Below, piece after piece: positions 6,885-11,960 of a stretch of DNA of 11,960 nt. Position numbers and translations under genes: made by a program. The notes under the pieces were generated by a model. It was given only the letters and a program-made list of their open reading frames with translations. It searched no databases and was not told the origin of the DNA. Positions within the stretch are counted from its first letter, which is position 1; each line of letters opens with the position of its first letter. The DNA is taken from positions 1-11,960 of the forward strand of contig JBHHXN010000159.1 of the NCBI GenBank assembly GCA_046757025.1, written 5' to 3'. Source of the stretch: a bacterium (GTDB lineage Bacteria; Zhuqueibacterota; Zhuqueibacteria; Oceanimicrobiales; Oceanimicrobiaceae).

Positions 6885-6895
6885 CAATTTTCAAA

Positions 6896-9800
6896 TTATT
6901 TCATCAGCGCCATTTTTATCACGGAGATCTGTTCACCCACCTGCAGTTTTGAAACATAAATTCCAGAAGCTACTGCTTGCCCCCGGGCGTCTTTGCCATC
7001 CCAGCGAATTTCGTGCGGCCCGGATCTTTGCACGCCATCAACCAAAGTACGAATCTCCTGACCCAAAAGATTATAGATTTTCAGGGAAACCGCAGACGCT
7101 TTGTCGAGATGATATTTGAGCGTGGTTTCAGGATTAAAAGGATTCGGGTAGTTCTGCGCTAAACCAAACTCCCGGGGTAAATTGCTATTGGTACTGCTTA
7201 CCTGTTTAAATTGTGGATCGGTAGAATTCTCTGAGTAATCATAAATATGTCCTACACTGGCGACGAATGTGCTGTCGGATTTCTGGTTGCTGAGCAATGT
7301 TTTGAAGTTCAAAGCAGCTCCAGAAGCAAAGCTATGACTGCTCAACCCCACACGCATGCGGGGCCGGCTAAAAGCCTCATTAGATGCGAATCTCAAAGCC
7401 TGAAAATTCTTTTCGAGCTGTTTATTCAGAGGACTTTGGATTTGAAACAAAAGCTCAAGCGCGCCCTGGCCGTTTGCCAGATTTACAACTTTCTCACCGG
7501 CAACAGACAAAACCACAATCAGACTGTCGGAATCGACAGGCAGGGTAAAGTCAGCAGAAGAAAGGGCCGTCCAGGCCTGATCAGCAGATAACACGGCGGT
7601 ATCCGGCGGTGCAACCGAAAAGCTTGCCTTTGAGTAACTGCCGTCCCGGTGTTTGATCAGGAAATTCTCCAAATGCACATTTATCCAGGCGCCGGAGTCT
7701 TTATCCTTAAGGCTTACAGCCCGCATGTATTTAATATTGCCGTCTTCTCTGGTAGCCGTGTTCTCAACAAAAACTCCTGACTTGCTAAATGTGGTTGAGC
7801 TAAGGTCGATTTCATAAGGCGCTGCACTGCCGGTCGTAGCCACATATTTCGCCTGGGTGCTGCCTATTGAAAATGAAGGGTACATGCCGGCAGCAGATGC
7901 AAAACTGCTCCAGTAACTACCATCGAAGGTGCGGGTAAAAACATAAGCTGAACCTCTCCGATAGGCAATGGCCGCTTTTGCCGCAGCCAGGCCGGTAATC
8001 GTGGGCCGGTCTTCAGTCTGATAATGGAATTCATGGTAAACGCTGGTGGCGCTCCAGGTTGACATCACTTTGTGAAGAATGACTCGTGCAGAATAAAAAG
8101 AGTCGTAAGCGTCCCAGGCCACGTGGGTGCGATTTAAACTGAGATCGCCGCTGAAAGCAATGGAAGGATGAGCGTGCTGGCTCAAATTTCCAGGCAGTCC
8201 CGAAGTCAGGTTGTGAATCTGGCTCCAGCCATTGTTGTAGTAGTGAGCGATGATCTCCGAAGAGTTGGGAATCTCCGCCGTGGCATAGGCAAGCGCAGTG
8301 GTATTAGCCCACCACGGGGTGAGGGCTGGCGCTACACTGGGGGAGTTTAAAGCTGTGCCAGTGATGGTTCTGGTGGTTGGCCAGCTTGAACCGTAATTGG
8401 CGCTGTGTTTGGATTTCAAATTGCCGCCTGAGCGGTAAACTATAGCCAGGTTATTGTTTGAGGGACTGGCGATGACCGGCAGGGGATCGGAGGTTCCGAC
8501 ATTGGTGGCAAGAACCTGGCGGTTGCCCGATGGCCAGGAAGCGCCGCCGTCCGTGCTTTTGTGAAAATAGAGGTCGTGGCTGCTGCCGGTGTTGCGCTGC
8601 CAGGTGACGAGACCATTGCCATTACGCTCGGCGATGGAGGGATACCCGTACTCCCCGAGGCCATCGCTTATCCGAACATCACTGCTCCAGCTCCCGCCCG
8701 ATGAATATTTGGCATAAAAAACCTGGTTGCCGGCCTGGTAAACCAGGTGATAATTGCCGTTGCCATCGCGGGCGAGGCGGCGGCCGCCATTGTGGGCGGT
8801 GGCAAGGGGCGAGTTGCTGGTGCGGTCGGGGAGATCATCTAGGGCTTTGAGAGCGGCGGCGTGGGCGTTGATGCGGCCGTAGCCCATGTACTGGTTCCAC
8901 CCATTTCCGTCATAGGAATATTGGCCGATTTTGTCTGCGGTACTCGTAAAAATATCCGTAACCTGCTGTACAGTTAGGCTGCTATTTACATATAGAATTA
9001 AACAAGCAAGGGCGGAAACCAGGGGAGCAGAAAAGGAAGTACCGTTTATTGCGAGGTAGCTATTAGTGCCACCTGTTGTTAAAACATTAACTCCAGGCGC
9101 TGACACATCTACAAAGGGTCCGTAATTCCAGTCATCATTAAATATCTCAACCTGGTTCTGGTCGAGCTTAGTCCCGGTGACAGCGATGACACCTGGGTAC
9201 TCAGCTGGAAATATCTCGAAAGGGATCCACATTGGATCGCAAAGATGCTCATAATCAGATTCCTTATAAAATTTTTCGTTTAAAGATCTATTCCCTGAAG
9301 CTGCAATACAGATTACGCCTTGTGCGATCGCGTCGGCAATGGCCGACTCAATTTCGGGATAATTATACGGCATAACTTTACCAATCCACTCAATAGGCTC
9401 AGGACATTCCAAAAATATATCTTCCAGTGTTGCCCGTGCTGTAGTCAGGAAGCTCATGTTCATAATGTCGACAGTGGCAGCCGCATCGTTTATCTTTTGC
9501 AACAAAACTGGGACATCCTCAGGTTCAAACGTACCACCTTGGAGTCCCTGATAAGTATACAGCGAAACCTCCCAGCCCAGGCTTGCAATGCCAGTATCAT
9601 TATTCGTGACTGCCGCTGCAACACCTGCTACGCTTGTACCATGTCCGGTGACACTATTGAGTTGATCTCCGCCAGAAATCGCTAAGTCCTCATGATTTTG
9701 TTCGACGCCGTTGTCTACAACACCAATCTTGATCTCGCCGTTTCCATGGGTAATATTCCAGGCCTCAAGTGCTTTTACAGCTTCAAGGTTCCATTGCTCC

Positions 9801-10189
9801 GAAAATCTAGGGTCATTAGGGGGGTCACTTAGTAAAACAATCGATATGGGTTGATGAGCGTATTCAACTTCAGACAATTGGCGAAACGCTTGCAAAGTTG
9901 AATCTAGTTGAACAGGTTGCGCAAACCGAAAGGTAAAGAGTTGGGAAAAATCGTGAACCCGTACCAGTTCGCCCGTCCGCTTGTGTGTGCGTGTAACGTC
10001 TCCCCATTGGGCGTTAGGGTCTTGTTTTATGATTTCGATAACACCGAATTTTTGTTCAAAACTGTTGATCATCGCCAGGACATTGGAAAAATTAGGCTGA
10101 ATATCGTTCTTGGCAGCATAACGAGCGCCACGGGGCAAATCTATCACGTACTCGTTAAATTTGACCACAATGGCATCGGTATAAAGCAT
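6896..10189 (-). CDS. S8 family (subtilisin-like) serine peptidase with propeptide, Asp-box/propeller region and T9SS type-A-like / FlgD-Ig C-terminal domain; main frame of a frameshifted gene that likely starts at 10329
   Basis: Asp in IGVVDNG (9713-9715), His in GHGTSVAG (9641-9643), oxyanion Asn in AASGN (9290-9292), Ser in GTSFSAP (9035-9037). Also PNDPRFSEQW, VDVSAPG, GYGRINA, Asp-boxes STDGGASW and SANYGSSW, and C-terminal QNYPNPFNP...WDGKD..G..VASGIY. No signal peptide in this frame. Confidence 0.95.
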   Translation of the reverse strand: MLYTDAIVVKFNEYVIDLPRGARYAAKNDIQPNFSNVLAMINSFEQKFGVIEIIKQDPNAQWGDVTRTHKRTGELVRVHDFSQLFTFRFAQPVQLDSTLQAFRQLSEVEYAHQPISIVLLSDPPNDPRFSEQWNLEAVKALEAWNITHGNGEIKIGVVDNGVEQNHEDLAISGGDQLNSVTGHGTSVAGVAAAVTNNDTGIASLGWEVSLYTYQGLQGGTFEPEDVPVLLQKINDAAATVDIMNMSFLTTARATLEDIFLECPEPIEWIGKVMPYNYPEIESAIADAIAQGVICIAASGNRSLNEKFYKESDYEHLCDPMWIPFEIFPAEYPGVIAVTGTKLDQNQVEIFNDDWNYGPFVDVSAPGVNVLTTGGTNSYLAINGTSFSAPLVSALACLILYVNSSLTVQQVTDIFTSTADKIGQYSYDGNGWNQYMGYGRINAHAAALKALDDLPDRTSNSPLATAHNGGRRLARDGNGNYHLVYQAGNQVFYAKYSSGGSWSSDVRISDGLGEYGYPSIAERNGNGLVTWQRNTGSSHDLYFHKSTDGGASWPSGNRQVLATNVGTSDPLPVIASPSNNNLAIVYRSGGNLKSKHSANYGSSWPTTRTITGTALNSPSVAPALTPWWANTTALAYATAEIPNSSEIIAHYYNNGWSQIHNLTSGLPGNLSQHAHPSIAFSGDLSLNRTHVAWDAYDSFYSARVILHKVMSTWSATSVYHEFHYQTEDRPTITGLAAAKAAIAYRRGSAYVFTRTFDGSYWSSFASAAGMYPSFSIGSTQAKYVATTGSAAPYEIDLSSTTFSKSGVFVENTATREDGNIKYMRAVSLKDKDSGAWINVHLENFLIKHRDGSYSKASFSVAPPDTAVLSADQAWTALSSADFTLPVDSDSLIVVLSVAGEKVVNLANGQGALELLFQIQSPLNKQLEKNFQALRFASNEAFSRPRMRVGLSSHSFASGAALNFKTLLSNQKSDSTFVASVGHIYDYSENSTDPQFKQVSSTNSNLPREFGLAQNYPNPFNPETTLKYHLDKASAVSLKIYNLLGQEIRTLVDGVQRSGPHEIRWDGKDARGQAVASGIYVSKLQVGEQISVIKMALMK

Positions 10190-10329
10190 GCCGTCCTTTT
10201 GATAAAAGTTTCCTTCGGTGTAACATCCGGGTCGGAAATGGATTGTATTTGCGAAAACAGGCTTTCATGGAGCACTAAACAAACGAAAAAGACATAGATT
10301 ATACCTATGAATTGGATTTTTGACTTCAT
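10144..10329 (-). CDS. N-terminal (signal peptide) segment of the S8 peptidase, out of frame with the main ORF
   Basis: Strong SD AAAGGAGGA (10337-10345) 7 nt before the ATG. Sec-type signal MKSKIQFIGIIYVFFVCLVLHESLFS|Q. It overlaps the S8 frame, which is open upstream to the TGA at 10265-10267. Confidence 0.75.
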   Translation of the reverse strand: MKSKIQFIGIIYVFFVCLVLHESLFSQIQSISDPDVTPKETFIKRTACFIPMPLWSNLTST

Positions 10330-10395
10330 AATACGATCCTCCTTTCTAAGTGTAATGTTAAAAAATGATTTCAGAATGATATTATCTTTTTGTCC

Positions 10396-11895
10396 TTATC
10401 TCACTAAAATCATCTTTTTTATCTCTGTCCGTCCAGCTATGTTTAATTTGTAAAGATAAATTCCTGATGATACATCCTTCCCTCGGTCATCTTTGCCGTC
10501 CCACACCGCGTCATGGCTCCCGGGCATCACCTCCTCGTTCACTAATGTTATAATTTCTTCTCCCAGGATATTATATACCGCGAGCTGTACTTGCGCTTGT
10601 TGTGCAACCTCAAATCTTATTGTTGTGGCCGGATTAAATGGATTGGGATAATTCTGCAATAATCGAAATGATACAGGAGCCTGCTCCGGCTGTTGTTCCA
10701 CGCCAACAGCCGGGTTGTCAAAATCGAGAATGTTTGCCCATAAAATGAAATTGATGGAATTAGCTGCTTTTAACGTATTCCATACCGTATATATCTTACC
10801 GTCTTTAAGTGCAACTGTGGGGCGAAGATGCCTTAGAGTATCCACCGTTGCGCTTACTTGAAAATTATTCCCGATCCGACTACCGTCGTCGGCAAAGCGC
10901 TGTGCAACAATATTTGAACCCTGGCTATTTTTTCTCTCCCATACGACCACCAAACATCCACTACCATCTATTGAAATTGCGACCTCAGTAGTAGGGACTA
11001 GAAGGTCTTCATTGATTTGCTTGCATTCTCCCAATGGAATTCCTTCCGCATTGAAATGTCGCATATAGATGCTCACACCGGTGACAGACCTCCCCGAACT
11101 CCAAACAGCTATGAAATCACCGTTACCATTCATCACAACATCGGTATTGCGAACAAAAGGCGTATCTGGCTCTACGCTGATCAGGAATGTTGAGTCTTTA
11201 GGAACACCATTTTTTGAAAACAAACGACCAAACAATTCATTGTGACTATCTGAAAACGCTTCTCCCCAAACCACCACAAATTGGTCACTCTCAGCATGTG
11301 TGGCAATATGAGGCGAAAACTGATCGTTTTCTCTGGCTCTGTCGTCAGATAAAAGTTGATTTGGACCGATGAATTCTAAACAGGTCGAAGTGCGCTGTGC
11401 ATAAACTCCAGGTGAAAAAGGCCTTTCAAATCCCTCCCCCGCCCACAAGACAACAAAAGTGGTGTCGTCCATGAAGGCAACGTCCGGTTCAAAACGCAAG
11501 GCGTCGGAGTAGTCATCATTGAATATAAGCCGACTGGATATAGAATCCGCCTCCGGATTTAATAACCGACCAAAGATCAAATCATTGAAAGTTGCAGGTA
11601 TTGCTTGCCAGGCAACAACCACAAAGTCAGAGCGGACATCTAATACCGTATCGTCTCCAGAATCCTCGTCTATCAATCTGGGCGCTTTTATAGGCTCCAA
11701 AAGCGAATCATACAGACCGTAGTAAGTGCCACTACTATTCCACCAGACAGCGTGGAGCCGCCCCTGCTCGTCAACTACGATGTCAGGATCATTGCCTGCT
11801 TCAACTAGCACAAAATCTGAGCGAATTTGTGCCAGTACTGTATTAAAGGAACATACCCAAATCACAGTGATAAGACAAATGGTTTTGACTTTCAT
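10396..11895 (-). CDS. Secreted repeat (probable beta-propeller) protein with T9SS type-A-like / FlgD-Ig C-terminal domain, 499 aa
   Basis: Signal peptide ending VLA|Q. About 7 repeats of P.(V/I)A....F(V/I)VVW.....I..R.F...G. C-terminal QNYPNPFNPATTIRF...YNILGEEI.TLV...WDGKDDRGKDVSSGIYLYKL...KKMILVR. SD GGAG at 11902-11905. Confidence 0.92.
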   Translation of the reverse strand: MKVKTICLITVIWVCSFNTVLAQIRSDFVLVEAGNDPDIVVDEQGRLHAVWWNSSGTYYGLYDSLLEPIKAPRLIDEDSGDDTVLDVRSDFVVVAWQAIPATFNDLIFGRLLNPEADSISSRLIFNDDYSDALRFEPDVAFMDDTTFVVLWAGEGFERPFSPGVYAQRTSTCLEFIGPNQLLSDDRARENDQFSPHIATHAESDQFVVVWGEAFSDSHNELFGRLFSKNGVPKDSTFLISVEPDTPFVRNTDVVMNGNGDFIAVWSSGRSVTGVSIYMRHFNAEGIPLGECKQINEDLLVPTTEVAISIDGSGCLVVVWERKNSQGSNIVAQRFADDGSRIGNNFQVSATVDTLRHLRPTVALKDGKIYTVWNTLKAANSINFILWANILDFDNPAVGVEQQPEQAPVSFRLLQNYPNPFNPATTIRFEVAQQAQVQLAVYNILGEEIITLVNEEVMPGSHDAVWDGKDDRGKDVSSGIYLYKLNIAGRTEIKKMILVR

Positions 11896-11960
11896 TTATT
11901 TCTCCAATCTATTTTTATCTGAGTAACGTCATCTTCTGCACCCGGCTGGCCCGGCCAACC

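Noticed and set aside
6729..6887. 53-aa N-terminal extension of the 6129..6887 ORF
   Set aside because: It would bury the lipoprotein signal and runs through the stem-loop region; a strong SD points to 6728.
6896..10680. DGR-like template/variable repeat pair between the two C-terminal domains (or between the serpins)
   Set aside because: Similarity is at protein level with differences at all bases, not adenine-specific, and there is no reverse transcriptase.
3325..11926. Remaining + strand and nested alternative-frame ORFs (e.g. 4365..4835, 5125..5613, 6168..6677, 9320..9685, 9908..10297)
   Set aside because: They overlap well-supported minus-strand genes and have no family signature.
11944..11960. 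Small hairpin GGTTGGC-CGG-GCCAGCC (minus strand) at the right edge
   Set aside because: It sits at the window boundary and has no U-tract, so it cannot be interpreted.
1..11960. CRISPR array, tRNA/rRNA, transposase
   Set aside because: No regularly spaced direct repeats, cloverleaf or rRNA signatures, or transposase/integrase motifs were seen.

Overview
All genuine genes in this window lie on the minus strand and form one co-oriented cluster of exported proteins. In transcription order (right to left): (1) a signal-peptide repeat (likely beta-propeller) protein with an NYPNPFNP/FlgD-Ig-like (T9SS type-A-like) C-terminal domain; (2) a large S8 subtilase with an intact D/H/N/S catalytic set, Asp-box region and the same C-terminal domain, whose signal peptide sits in a different reading frame (a one-base frameshift); (3) six unrelated lipoproteins, including a YCF48/BNR-repeat protein, a PepSY-like protein, an OB-fold-like fusion and a CBM-like protein; (4) two tandem paralogous lipoprotein serpins with divergent reactive-centre loops. 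The C-terminal domain type, strong Shine-Dalgarno use and lipoprotein richness suggest an FCB-group-like or related lineage such as KSB1 or Calditrichota (inference). The leading hypothesis is a protease/anti-protease locus: a secreted subtilase followed by a cassette-like array of membrane-anchored known and candidate inhibitors. Non-coding structure includes a ~115-nt branched stem after the protease, a terminator-like hairpin plus a TATAAT promoter with an operator-like inverted repeat between the serpins, and a dRS3/REP-like palindrome at the left edge. No tRNA, rRNA, CRISPR array or transposase was seen.
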